Shown here in pieces: positions 28,569 to 37,876 of a stretch of 64,000 nucleotides of DNA. The DNA is from Chlamydiota bacterium (GTDB lineage: Bacteria; Chlamydiota; Chlamydiia; Chlamydiales; SM23-39): the NCBI GenBank assembly GCA_038534095.1, contig JBCAXK010000003.1, forward strand, positions 1 to 64,000, in the 5' to 3' direction. A program made the position numbers and the translations under genes. Under the pieces are notes generated by a model. The model saw only the letters and a program-made list of their open reading frames with translations. It searched no databases and was not told the DNA's origin. Position 1 is the first letter of the stretch, and each line of letters begins with the position of its first letter.

Positions 28569-28865
28569 AGAAACCTTTTAGTCTCAATCATAAAGCTTGG
28601 TCATGTTTTCAAGCACACATTTTATAATCAGTAACAAAAAGTCTTCCTAGAAAAGCGATTCGGTTTTCTGAGAAATCACTAGAAGAGCTGATGGGCAGAA
28701 AGGTCATTAGGAAATTTGTCTTCCAAATCACCGTCAGTACAAGTTACTCATACATCTTTCCAAAATGCTTTTGCCCGATTTCCTCTGTACAAGGGCTAGA
28801 ATCTTGTCCTTGTACAAACGCGCCCAAAGGTTCACTCTTATGGGTCCAGAGAGGAAAGCGCCTAA

Positions 28866-29357
28866 TTATGCCTTACTCTCTAGAGACGTTGTTTTGATTT
28901 CGGGTTTACAAGATATAACACTTTGATGATCAGGAGCGAATAGTGCATTTGCACTAAAAGGCGCCTTAGTCTCTTGGCTCATTGTAGCAAGGAGCTTTTG
29001 AACCGCGCGTTTTGCTTGATAAGCAGCAGATAAAAATCGAACTATAGAAACTGTTTGTTCATCTTTCTTCGTTTTTTCATGATTGCAAAGATTCTTCTTC
29101 TCAGAATTTGACCGAGTTTCCATCCATTGTAAACAAGCCTCTTCTTCCGGGGAAAGATCTCTCACTTGGGTCAAAGCCTGATTTAAATTCCTTAAATTCT
29201 CCATTTTTTCATTATATGTAGCTGAAAAATGCTGTTTAATCAAAGCCATAACATTTTCAACATCAAACCCAAAATCGTGCCCCTGATGATTTTTCACGCT
29301 CTGATAAACAGAACAAAAAGCCGTGAGCGAATAAAAAGATCCAGCGACAGCGCCCAT
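28866..29357 (-). CDS. Orphan hypothetical protein
   Basis: 163-aa ORF with AGGAG SD; no recognisable motif. Confidence 0.6.
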   Translation of the reverse strand: MGAVAGSFYSLTAFCSVYQSVKNHQGHDFGFDVENVMALIKQHFSATYNEKMENLRNLNQALTQVRDLSPEEEACLQWMETRSNSEKKNLCNHEKTKKDEQTVSIVRFLSAAYQAKRAVQKLLATMSQETKAPFSANALFAPDHQSVISCKPEIKTTSLESKA

Positions 29358-29421
29358 AAAAAACTCCTATTTTTGCAAAATGTTTTAAAAATTTTACTAA
29401 GCTACTTTTTTCTCTGCAAGA

Positions 29422-29606
29422 AATTTCTTCAAGGTAATTTCCATTGATACAGGAGCAGTTTTGGGTTCGCTTCATACTTTTTTTCCTTGTACTTCCCCGA
29501 GGATGTTGAAAGGTCACTTGCTAGCTAAAGATATATTTTCTGGGGAATGGTCTTTGGAAATCCGTGATTGATCTTCATTGAACGTTGTATCGAGCACCCA
29601 ATGCAA
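29422..29606 (-). mobile_element. ISAs1-family transposase C-terminal pseudogene fragment
   Basis: Reads [35 protein letters not shown], frameshift, KSMKRTQN...NYLEEI. LHW.LD..F.ED..R is the ISAs1 signature. Confidence 0.85.
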
Positions 29607-29720
29607 AAGGCTCCGTCTGAAATCGGTTATTCGACAGCTACTGAGCAGGTTGCACACAGTAAATACTCTATGCAATCACTCGACGCATCATCCCGAGTCC
29701 TCAAAAATAGTAGCACTGCA

Positions 29721-30857
29721 TCAGGAATTTTTTGGAGAAAATCGACTGCGAGCATGTTCTAATATTCTTTTTACAATAGCTGGATCTACAGAAGCTTCTC
29801 TGATTCCCTCTTCAAATGTTCCAGAGATAGTGAGTATATCGCCTCGAGGACACATCGTTATCCAAGTAGAAGTCTCATTAGCTACATTTTCATAGGCCAT
29901 ATAATCTAAATGACGCACATTTTTAAAGAAGAGTATGTGGCCTCGTATTGGAAGAAATTCTTGATCATTGAATAGTTTTTCTGAACCAAAACTGGTACAA
30001 TTCACAATAATGTTTTCCTCTAAATCCAAGATATCTTGGATATTTTCCAGATGACGTTGTACGATCGATGCGTTTAGCCTTTCAACTTTGTTGAACAGGT
30101 CTTTGAAAAACAGTTGGCGATCTATAGTTAGAATTTTTTTGACTCTGCCTATTTTTCGTAATCCATTATCAAATTGGACGGCAACCTTGTTTTTTTCCCC
30201 ATGAAAGTTTGACTCAAAGTAGGATAGTTTTTCAGCGCTTTGGTTTTTGAAGCTATAATCGTCAATAAACCCCACCCCTAAAAATTCTGGTTCCTCTGCG
30301 GTTGCAAGTTGTAAATACCGTTCTGTTGATACTTCCAACATCCGCTTGATCACTTGTTTTTTCTCTGAAGATGAGATTCTTTTTAAGGAAGGAGGACTCC
30401 ATATTCCAATAGCGATATCAGAAGTGAGGTTCGGAGAAAATTCGTCAGCATAAATTGTGACATCGTAGCCAAGATTTAATAATTCATAGGCAGTTGATAG
30501 GCCGATAACTCCAGCGCCAAGGACCGCGATACGATTTGATTGTAGTAAAGAAGGGTTGTTCAAAAAAGCGTTAGAAAGTAGCTCTATTACCCTTTGAGCT
30601 CCCCCCCAACATAAAGTCAATCCCGATCCGCCATATCCATAATTATGAATGATTGTTTTGTGATCGAAGTGTTCTTCCTCGAGCCTAGGACCAGACTTTC
30701 TGTAAGGTCTAATGCCTACTGTTGCTCCTAAAAAGTATTTTTCGCTCAAATCAGGAGCTTTAAGAATGATTTCTTTTAGAGGAGGTGTTTGTAATGGATT
30801 GGCGTCTAAGGGAAAAGACAATACAAAAAGAAGTGCCATAAGAGAATAACGAAGCAT
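29721..30857 (-). CDS. FAD-dependent D-amino-acid oxidase family protein, circularly permuted, with signal peptide
   Basis: GIRPYR and HNYGYGGSG lie N-terminal to the GAGVIG FAD motif; also TSDIA.G.W, IVNCTSFG and PIRGH. Confidence 0.85.
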   Translation of the reverse strand: MLRYSLMALLFVLSFPLDANPLQTPPLKEIILKAPDLSEKYFLGATVGIRPYRKSGPRLEEEHFDHKTIIHNYGYGGSGLTLCWGGAQRVIELLSNAFLNNPSLLQSNRIAVLGAGVIGLSTAYELLNLGYDVTIYADEFSPNLTSDIAIGIWSPPSLKRISSSEKKQVIKRMLEVSTERYLQLATAEEPEFLGVGFIDDYSFKNQSAEKLSYFESNFHGEKNKVAVQFDNGLRKIGRVKKILTIDRQLFFKDLFNKVERLNASIVQRHLENIQDILDLEENIIVNCTSFGSEKLFNDQEFLPIRGHILFFKNVRHLDYMAYENVANETSTWITMCPRGDILTISGTFEEGIREASVDPAIVKRILEHARSRFSPKNS

Positions 30858-30978
30858 GTCTGTACCTTGTGTCTGAAATAACGTAGGAAAATACGGTATC
30901 AGAAGGAAAATGTTAATAACAAGGGTTTTTATCTTTCATCAATCACGACGGTCCGGTTCGTTGATGGAGAGCAGGATG

Positions 30979-31121
30979 GGGTATTTTTATGGAAAAAACC
31001 CCATGCAGACTTTTGAAGAATCCAAACGACTTGGGTAAGGCAAAATGTTGGACAACGCGAACCTAAGATAGCCAATCGTCAGATAGCGGATGAGTGCACG
31101 GTCAAGTCGTGCTTTACGGCA
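30979..31121 (+). mobile_element. IS481-family transposase C-terminal remnant with a decayed right end
   Basis: GYFYGKNPMQTFEESKRLG*GKMLDN resembles the IS481-type tail GR.CYGKTPMQTF.DS..LAKEK; followed by GTCAAGTCGTGCTTTACGGCA. Confidence 0.7.
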
Positions 31122-31286
31122 CCTAAAGCTTTTGCTTACTCCCATACAAAGATTTCCTTCACTGAAGCGGGCTTTTATGATTCGGAAACCAAACGCTTTA
31201 GACAGAAAAAGGCTCCTTAGATTGGCTACAAACGGACGAGTGAATTCACCATGGATAAAATTCTTCTATTGGCTTAAGATGAATTC

Positions 31287-31982
31287 ATGAATCATTCAAG
31301 AGCCATTTACTACGATACAGAAACGACAGGAATTCATGCGAAAAAAGATCGCATTATCGAAATTGCTGCCTACGATCCGATCAATAACAAGACCTTTGAA
31401 AAGCTCGTTCATCCCCAAATGCCCATCCCTCAAGAAGCCTCCAACATCCATCATATCACCGATGATATGGTCAAAAACGCGCCCCCTTTTTCTGAGATCA
31501 TCGAGGAGTTTAACGAGTTTTGTGCAGGCGATGTCTACCTAGTTGCGCACAATAATGACGCGTTTGATAAGCTATTTTTGGAAGAAGAATATGCAAGAGC
31601 GAGCCTCTCTATCCCCGATTGGAAGTACCTCGATTCCTTAAAATGGGCAAGACGTTTCCGCCCCGATTTACCAAGACATACCTTACAATTTTTACGAGAA
31701 ATTTACGGCGTTGCAGAGAACAACGCTCATAGAGCGTTAGATGATGTCATTGTTTTACACAAAGTATTTTCTCTTATGATCGATGATCTGCCCATGGAAA
31801 CCGTGCAAAAACTGCTGAACAAACCACAAGTGATGACGCGAATGCCTTTTGGTAAACACCAGGGAAAATCTCTTCAAGATGTGCCCAAAGGTTATATCTC
31901 TTGGCTAAAAGAATCGGGCGCCTTTGACAAACCAGACAAACAAGAGCTCAAAGCGAGTTTTGAAAAACTGGGCTTCTTATGA
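31287..31982 (+). CDS. dnaQ: DEDDh 3'-5' exonuclease (DNA Pol III epsilon-like) with C-terminal MPFGKH domain
   Basis: DTETTG, AHNNDAFD, HRALDD and MPFGKHQG. Confidence 0.9.
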   Translation: MNHSRAIYYDTETTGIHAKKDRIIEIAAYDPINNKTFEKLVHPQMPIPQEASNIHHITDDMVKNAPPFSEIIEEFNEFCAGDVYLVAHNNDAFDKLFLEEEYARASLSIPDWKYLDSLKWARRFRPDLPRHTLQFLREIYGVAENNAHRALDDVIVLHKVFSLMIDDLPMETVQKLLNKPQVMTRMPFGKHQGKSLQDVPKGYISWLKESGAFDKPDKQELKASFEKLGFL

Positions 31983-32809
31983 AAGAGGGAAATAAAGTAG
32001 CCATTATTGGTTGTGGTTACGTGGGTGAGGCGCTTGCTCGGTCTCTGTCTAGTAAGGGTTTTTTGGTCACCTGCACCGTAAAAACGGTGAGGAATATCGA
32101 TCACCTCAACCCCTTCTGCCAGAAAGTGTATTACACGACAGGGGAAGAAGCTTCCAATATCCGAGCCATCATCCAAGAAAACGATGTAATCATCGTCACT
32201 CTCGCTGCCAAAAACCGGGAAGATTATAGGAACACCTATTTAAAAACCGCCGAGACGTTCCGCTCCCTTGGGAAAGTCCCTGCTGGAAAGCATCTGATCT
32301 ACACAAGCTCCACCTCAGTCTATGGCCACCATAGCGGAAAGTGGGTAGATGAAGACTCTCCTCTTTTAGGAGAAACAGAGAACGTAAAGATTTTAATCGA
32401 AACGGAAAACGCCTACTTATCTCTCACCAATATGGGATGGAAGGTCACTATTTTTCGTTTAGCAGAAATTTATGGTCCAAAAAGAACGCTTCGATCAAAA
32501 ATAGAATCGTTAGAAGGGAGAGTTCTGGGAGGCGACGGAGCAAACTATTCAAATATGATCCATCAAAGCGATATTACAGGCGCTTTAGAATACGCTTTGT
32601 CTCACCCTTTAGAAGGTATCTACAATTTAGCCGATGATGATCACTTCTTAAGAAAAGATCTCTATAGGATCCTAGCCGAAAAGTATCATACAAAGCATGT
32701 TCTTTTTGATCCGAATATTCAAAAAATACGCGGCGACAATAAACGGATTTCTAATCGAAAAATCAAAAGCGCAGGCTACGCGTTTACTCACCCGCATAGG
32801 CAGTTTTAA
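31979..32809 (+). CDS. NAD-dependent epimerase/SDR (YeeZ-like)
   Basis: IIGCGYVG, YTSSTSVYG, IYGP and IYNLAD. Confidence 0.88.
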   Translation: MKEGNKVAIIGCGYVGEALARSLSSKGFLVTCTVKTVRNIDHLNPFCQKVYYTTGEEASNIRAIIQENDVIIVTLAAKNREDYRNTYLKTAETFRSLGKVPAGKHLIYTSSTSVYGHHSGKWVDEDSPLLGETENVKILIETENAYLSLTNMGWKVTIFRLAEIYGPKRTLRSKIESLEGRVLGGDGANYSNMIHQSDITGALEYALSHPLEGIYNLADDDHFLRKDLYRILAEKYHTKHVLFDPNIQKIRGDNKRISNRKIKSAGYAFTHPHRQF

Positions 32810-32875
32810 CCACCATTCATCGTTAAAATCTCTTAGAGCATTGAGGGAAAACCTTTTTTTGAAGGCTCTTTGCAA

Positions 32876-33175
32876 TCAAGGCAGCAAGCTTTCTTTAAAA
32901 GCGATGAGGTCTTGTTGTACAACATTGGAGTTATTCTCTGTTGGAAACTCTAGAAATACCTGAAAATCTTTTGCCAAGCGTGACTCAAGGGTTCTTTGTT
33001 CTTTATTAAGCTCTGGGCACGTGCCCTCAATCTTGGTAAAAAAAGCTTCCATTTTTTCTTTCGCAAGCTGTTTCGTCGATCCGCAATCCGCTTTCTTATA
33101 GTCTTGGATTGAGCGATCAAATTGACGCATCCACTTAGCTAGATCTTGGGGGATCTTCCGGTGAGGTAGATTCAT
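32876..33175 (-). CDS. Small helical hypothetical protein
   Basis: ATGA overlap (33172-33175) with the upstream gene. Confidence 0.75.
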   Translation of the reverse strand: MNLPHRKIPQDLAKWMRQFDRSIQDYKKADCGSTKQLAKEKMEAFFTKIEGTCPELNKEQRTLESRLAKDFQVFLEFPTENNSNVVQQDLIAFKESLLP

Positions 33176-34821
33176 ATAAGCTCCTGCATGGTATAAGGTT
33201 TAAGAGTAGTGCGCATCTCCTGAATGAACGTCGAGAAAGAAATCTTGCCATAGAGCAACTGCTCTTCAAGCCGCTTCTCTTGATGAAACACTTTACGAAA
33301 TTTTTTATGTAAAATCCCTCTTTTGATTAAAGAAAGCACCAAAATATCGGCAGAAAAATAGCGTACAATGACTTGGTTTAATGTGAAGAGATCTTGCACA
33401 ACCGTTGCATCTAACAGCTGAGGGGTAAAAAGGAGGCTCTCTTGCGCAGGTTTTTGAAAAAACTCCTCTTCGACGTAGAGGGTTTTTCCTGTTTTCACAA
33501 GAATATTTTGAGAGAATGTCCGCAGGTAGGAAATCGTTTTGCGCGAACCCTTCAAATAGTACTCGGCTAAAGAAATCAGATCTTTGAGAAAACTTCTTGC
33601 TTCTTGCGGCGCGTCGTAAAAATAAGGGACGCGAGACAAGAGGGCCTTACCAAAACCCCAGTCGTTCTTCACAACAAGAAAATCCTTTGTGCTGTCGACA
33701 AGAAGTTCTTTTTCCTTGTCTGTGATCGACTCTAGAAAAAACAGGCGGACTGTTTTCCCCTCTTTGCGCAAGGGATCGTACTCTGTTTGTTGTGGATGAT
33801 GCACATACAAATCGCTACAATAATGCTCCTCACAAAGTTTTTTTGTACGTTCTATCAGGGTTCTGCTCCAAATTTCTTTAGGGGCAAAAAAATCGAGGTG
33901 TTTTTCACCCCCCCTCTGCCGATGAAGAACGTAGGAAAAAGCGCTTAAAAAGGCCGCTTGTGACCGCGCGTCAAAATAGTTGAGATCGTGGTCGGAAAAA
34001 TACCAATCTAGATCTTTACTGGCTGGCTTTTTGCTATTGAGAAACTGCAGAGATAAAGGAGTACCGAGCCACTCTTTTTTAGGAATTTTTTCTCGGTGGT
34101 AGACAAGCACCCCCTTTTCTAAAAAATGGAGCCCCAAAGAGCGCCCCGATTCTAAAAAAGGAAACTTTTCAATCGAACCATTTTTTCCTAAAGCCTCTTT
34201 TTTCCCTGAAAATCCCGCTCCGCGGAGGTTCTCAAACACCCTTTTGGTTTCAGGAAAGTCATTAGGATACTGCAACAAAACATCTGCCTTTTCGATAAGC
34301 TCTTGATGATGCCTTGGAAAACTCCTTGTCTGTTTTTCTAGATAAATCCCATTCTTTAAAGAAGACGTAGACAAATTTCCTAAGCAATTGTTTCCATAAG
34401 CAATGAAGGTATCGATGTGAAGCTGGGGTACCTTCTCATTGATGAAACGCTGCAACTCTCCTGCTAATAAGAGATCCTCCCCTTCTTCGATCTTCACAAA
34501 CATCGCAAGGGTCGGAGAAACCGGTAGATCAATGTTGCGATATAAGTAGAGTTTTGCTTTATCGATGTAGATCTTTTTTAATTGCAAAAACGTTCCAAAG
34601 GTCTTTTTTACGTTCCCTTTGATCGGATAGGTTTTTCCGTAGAATCTAGGAAGCCCTCGAAACATTTTGGGATAGGTACAAGGAGGTAAATCAAGGTCTT
34701 CAAAATCTTTCCACTGAAACATTCCCAAAAGCTTTGCCTCCCAGTAGATCTCGTCAAAAATATGCGAAGAAGGAGAAAAAGGATCGCAGGCAGGCTTTAG
34801 TTCAGGAGATTCTTCAGGCAT
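33172..34821 (-). CDS. Hypothetical protein, possible EarP-like GT-B fold
   Basis: 549-aa ORF with weak resemblance to EarP near KELLVDSTKDFLVVKNDWGFGKALLSRVPYFY. Confidence 0.7.
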   Translation of the reverse strand: MPEESPELKPACDPFSPSSHIFDEIYWEAKLLGMFQWKDFEDLDLPPCTYPKMFRGLPRFYGKTYPIKGNVKKTFGTFLQLKKIYIDKAKLYLYRNIDLPVSPTLAMFVKIEEGEDLLLAGELQRFINEKVPQLHIDTFIAYGNNCLGNLSTSSLKNGIYLEKQTRSFPRHHQELIEKADVLLQYPNDFPETKRVFENLRGAGFSGKKEALGKNGSIEKFPFLESGRSLGLHFLEKGVLVYHREKIPKKEWLGTPLSLQFLNSKKPASKDLDWYFSDHDLNYFDARSQAAFLSAFSYVLHRQRGGEKHLDFFAPKEIWSRTLIERTKKLCEEHYCSDLYVHHPQQTEYDPLRKEGKTVRLFFLESITDKEKELLVDSTKDFLVVKNDWGFGKALLSRVPYFYDAPQEARSFLKDLISLAEYYLKGSRKTISYLRTFSQNILVKTGKTLYVEEEFFQKPAQESLLFTPQLLDATVVQDLFTLNQVIVRYFSADILVLSLIKRGILHKKFRKVFHQEKRLEEQLLYGKISFSTFIQEMRTTLKPYTMQELI

Positions 34822-34955
34822 ATGCTTTTCTCAAATCACGGGTAAAATTATCTGATACTCAATTTTTCAGGAGTATGTCAAATCATTTTTTATCAAAAAT
34901 TTTGGCACTAATTTATCGTTTTTTGCGGAAAAATTTTCCAGTAAATTCTGGTTTT

Positions 34956-36899
34956 TTATTCGATCACTTGCGTTGTAGCAACGTTCTTTGCAGAGGAATT
35001 GTGGTAGGTTTCCCACATACTTTGGAAAGGTAGACAGTTTTCTAATAGATAGGATTTTGTCCCTTGGGCGAGAATGCGCCCTTCATCGAGATAGATGATA
35101 TGATCTGCGTGGTCAATGGTAGATAGGCGGTGAGCAATGATGATCTGCGTCACCGATCCTTGCAGCTGAAGAAGCGCTTGTTTGATTTTTTCCTCGCTAA
35201 TCGAGTCTAAAGATGAAGTCGCCTCATCAAGAACCAAGATGGGGCATTTTTGCAGAAGAGCTCTAGCAATCGCCAATCTTTGTTGTTCTCCTCCAGAAAG
35301 ACTTTTCCCTTGCTCTGATAAACGGGTGTAGTACCCTTGAGGCAATTTTTCAATAAATTCATCAGCAAAAGCAGATTTTGCCGCTGCTATCACCTCTTGC
35401 TTGCTTGCCTTTCTACCAATTTTGATGTTATTGATCACCGTATCGTAAAACAGAAAAGGTTTTTGAGGAACAAAGGCAATCAGATCTCGCAAAGACTGCT
35501 GCGTGACTCCGGTCACATCCAATCCATCAATAAGAATTTTCCCTTCGTTGACATCGTACAATCTAGGCATCAGCTGAGCAATGGTCGATTTTCCTGCCCC
35601 TGTTGGTCCTACAAGAGCGATCGTTTGTCCCTTTTTGATCGAAAAGTTGATGTTATGGAGCACTCTATGCTTTTGATAGGAAAAAGATACATTTTGAAAG
35701 GTCAACTCTTGATGAAATGCGCGCAGTGTTTTTGCCCCTTTTTGATCGACCATTTCGGGCACTTTATTCAAAACATCAAACATTCTTTCTGCGGCTACCA
35801 CCCCTCGTTGAATATTGGCATTTTCTTCGGAAAATTTTTTTACAGGCTCATAAAACATATGCAAAAAACCGCAAAATACGATCAATTCGGCGACGCTCAT
35901 ACCAAGAATGTGCAAACCAAATAGCGCAACAATAGCAAGACAAGTCGTTGTCACAGTATGGAGGAAAGGGCGCGTTAAGAGGCTATATTTTGCGCTTTTA
36001 CTCTCCAAGTGGGCCATATGCTGGTTCTGCTCTTGGTATTTTTCTAACGCAAAGCTCTCCATAGAAAAGATCTTGACCGTTTGGATCCCCGACAAAAAAT
36101 CGAGAAGAACGGAAGTGAACGTTTCTTGATTTTTTTGCAGTTCTCTTGCTACCCCTTTCACTTTACGCGTCAAAATCCATACGGGAAAAATGATCAACGG
36201 AAGCGCTACAAAAATGATGAATGAAAGCTGCCAACTAAAACAAACACAGGCAATCAAGGTCGAAATTAAGACAAATGGGGTTTGAATATAATTGGTCAAA
36301 CAAGAATTGATGGATCCTGCAATTTGACCAGCATCTCCTACGGCTCTCGAGCTTAAAGATCCGACGTTATACTCTTGATAAAAACGAAATGGCAATGATT
36401 GAATGTGCTCAAAATATTGCATACGAAGATCTCTTGTCAAACGGATCGAAAGAAGCTGAGTTGTAAACCTTGAGGAAAATAGCATAAGCGCTTTAAAAAA
36501 GGCGATGCCCACAAGAAGGACAATAAATCTATGGAAACTTTTTTCAATATCCAACTTTCTTGAAAGAAAATGGACAATGCGCGTGAAAATTTTCCCTTCT
36601 TTCTTACTGGCTATGTACGTTTTTGCATCTTTTTTCGATAAAACTCCCGGGGTTTCCTTAGGGATTTTCCGCCACTTATCGAGAAGCTCCTCTTCGGTGA
36701 CCTGCTCAGCCGGATGCAAATACCCCCCTTTTTCATGACCAAATACTGTGAAAAAATCTTGACCCGTATTTGCAAGGAGTCCAAGAGCGATCATTTCTGC
36801 GTGATTAGCTACCGTTAGAAAGAGTAGATTGATCAAAGTAATCAGGGTTAACAAGGCGTGGCGACTATTGCGCATTGCTATTTTGAGTAATAGCTTCAT
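34956..36899 (-). CDS. msbA: MsbA-like ABC exporter (TMD plus NBD)
   Basis: GPTGAGKS, LSGGEQQR, LDEATS and AHRLST; adjacent to accA as in chlamydiae. Start at ATG 36899. Confidence 0.88.
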   Translation of the reverse strand: MKLLLKIAMRNSRHALLTLITLINLLFLTVANHAEMIALGLLANTGQDFFTVFGHEKGGYLHPAEQVTEEELLDKWRKIPKETPGVLSKKDAKTYIASKKEGKIFTRIVHFLSRKLDIEKSFHRFIVLLVGIAFFKALMLFSSRFTTQLLSIRLTRDLRMQYFEHIQSLPFRFYQEYNVGSLSSRAVGDAGQIAGSINSCLTNYIQTPFVLISTLIACVCFSWQLSFIIFVALPLIIFPVWILTRKVKGVARELQKNQETFTSVLLDFLSGIQTVKIFSMESFALEKYQEQNQHMAHLESKSAKYSLLTRPFLHTVTTTCLAIVALFGLHILGMSVAELIVFCGFLHMFYEPVKKFSEENANIQRGVVAAERMFDVLNKVPEMVDQKGAKTLRAFHQELTFQNVSFSYQKHRVLHNINFSIKKGQTIALVGPTGAGKSTIAQLMPRLYDVNEGKILIDGLDVTGVTQQSLRDLIAFVPQKPFLFYDTVINNIKIGRKASKQEVIAAAKSAFADEFIEKLPQGYYTRLSEQGKSLSGGEQQRLAIARALLQKCPILVLDEATSSLDSISEEKIKQALLQLQGSVTQIIIAHRLSTIDHADHIIYLDEGRILAQGTKSYLLENCLPFQSMWETYHNSSAKNVATTQVIE

Positions 36900-36927
36900 G
36901 TTTCGTGGCTTCCCATTTGTGAAGAAA

Positions 36928-37875
36928 CTAACAAGATTCTTCGAAAGATCCGATGCATCGAAATTTTTGGTATCTAGATGCAATCAATTCGTCTTTGTCT
37001 CGGTTGTTCAGCTTCTTATAGGATTGTACGATAAAGGTTTTAACATTGTCATAGGTTTTTTTGGGGTTGTGGTGAGCGCCCCCCAAAGGTTCTGAGATGA
37101 TCTGATCAATCACCTTGTACTCAAAGAGATCTTCTGCGTGCAACTTGAGCTTTTCTGCTGCTTTGGCAGATTGCGCAACATCTTGCCATAAAATCGCTGC
37201 GCACCCCTCAGGAGAAATCACAGAATAGTAGGAATGCTCAAGCATTCCAATGCAGTCTCCAATCCCAATACCTAAAGCCCCTCCAGAGCAGCCTTCTCCG
37301 ATGAGCACAACAATGACAGGCACGGTTAAGCCCGCCATTTCAAAGAGATTCTGGGCAATCGCCCAACCTTGCCCCCGTTCTTCTGCGCTAAGCCCTGGAT
37401 ACGCTCCTGGAGTATCGATGAAAGAGACGATTGGGATGCCAAATTTTTCCGCCAGTTTCATGCCTCGAAGAGCTTTGCGGTACCCTTCTGGATGAGGCAT
37501 ACCAAAGTTCCTCATGATTCTTGTATCGAGATCCTTGCCTTTTTCTTGACCAAGCACAAAAAAGGGCTGCTTCCCTAAATAAGCGCAACCCATGATCATG
37601 GCGCGATCATCGGCGTACTGACGGTCTCCATGAAGAGGAACAAACTCTTGAAATACATGACGAATATAATCGGAAGCATGGGGACGTTTTGGATGACGAC
37701 AGATTTGAATACGGTCCCAAGAAGAGAGCTTTCCGTACACTTTTTTCTTGAGATTCTGGAGCTTTTTTTCTAAAGAGGCGATCTCTTTCTCGGCCCAAAC
37801 TTCCTTCTGATCTCGGAGTTTTTGTAACGTATCTTCATATTCATAAATTTGCTTTTCGTGAGGTAGAATCGTCAT
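36928..37875 (-). CDS. accA: Acetyl-CoA carboxylase carboxyltransferase alpha
   Basis: RHPKRP, NFGMPHPEGYRKA, DTPGAYPG and SVISPEG. Start at ATG 37875. Confidence 0.97.
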   Translation of the reverse strand: MTILPHEKQIYEYEDTLQKLRDQKEVWAEKEIASLEKKLQNLKKKVYGKLSSWDRIQICRHPKRPHASDYIRHVFQEFVPLHGDRQYADDRAMIMGCAYLGKQPFFVLGQEKGKDLDTRIMRNFGMPHPEGYRKALRGMKLAEKFGIPIVSFIDTPGAYPGLSAEERGQGWAIAQNLFEMAGLTVPVIVVLIGEGCSGGALGIGIGDCIGMLEHSYYSVISPEGCAAILWQDVAQSAKAAEKLKLHAEDLFEYKVIDQIISEPLGGAHHNPKKTYDNVKTFIVQSYKKLNNRDKDELIASRYQKFRCIGSFEESC

Positions 37876-37876
37876 G

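Noticed and set aside
24970..29606. ISAs1-mediated inversion of the pdh block relative to lpxD
   Set aside because: Both flanking ISAs1 fragments are on the same strand, which does not fit recombination between inverted copies. The orientation may be ancestral.
30936..30970. Hairpin resembling group II intron domain V or an attC site
   Set aside because: Only partial similarity; no AGC triad stem, RT gene or attC core sites.
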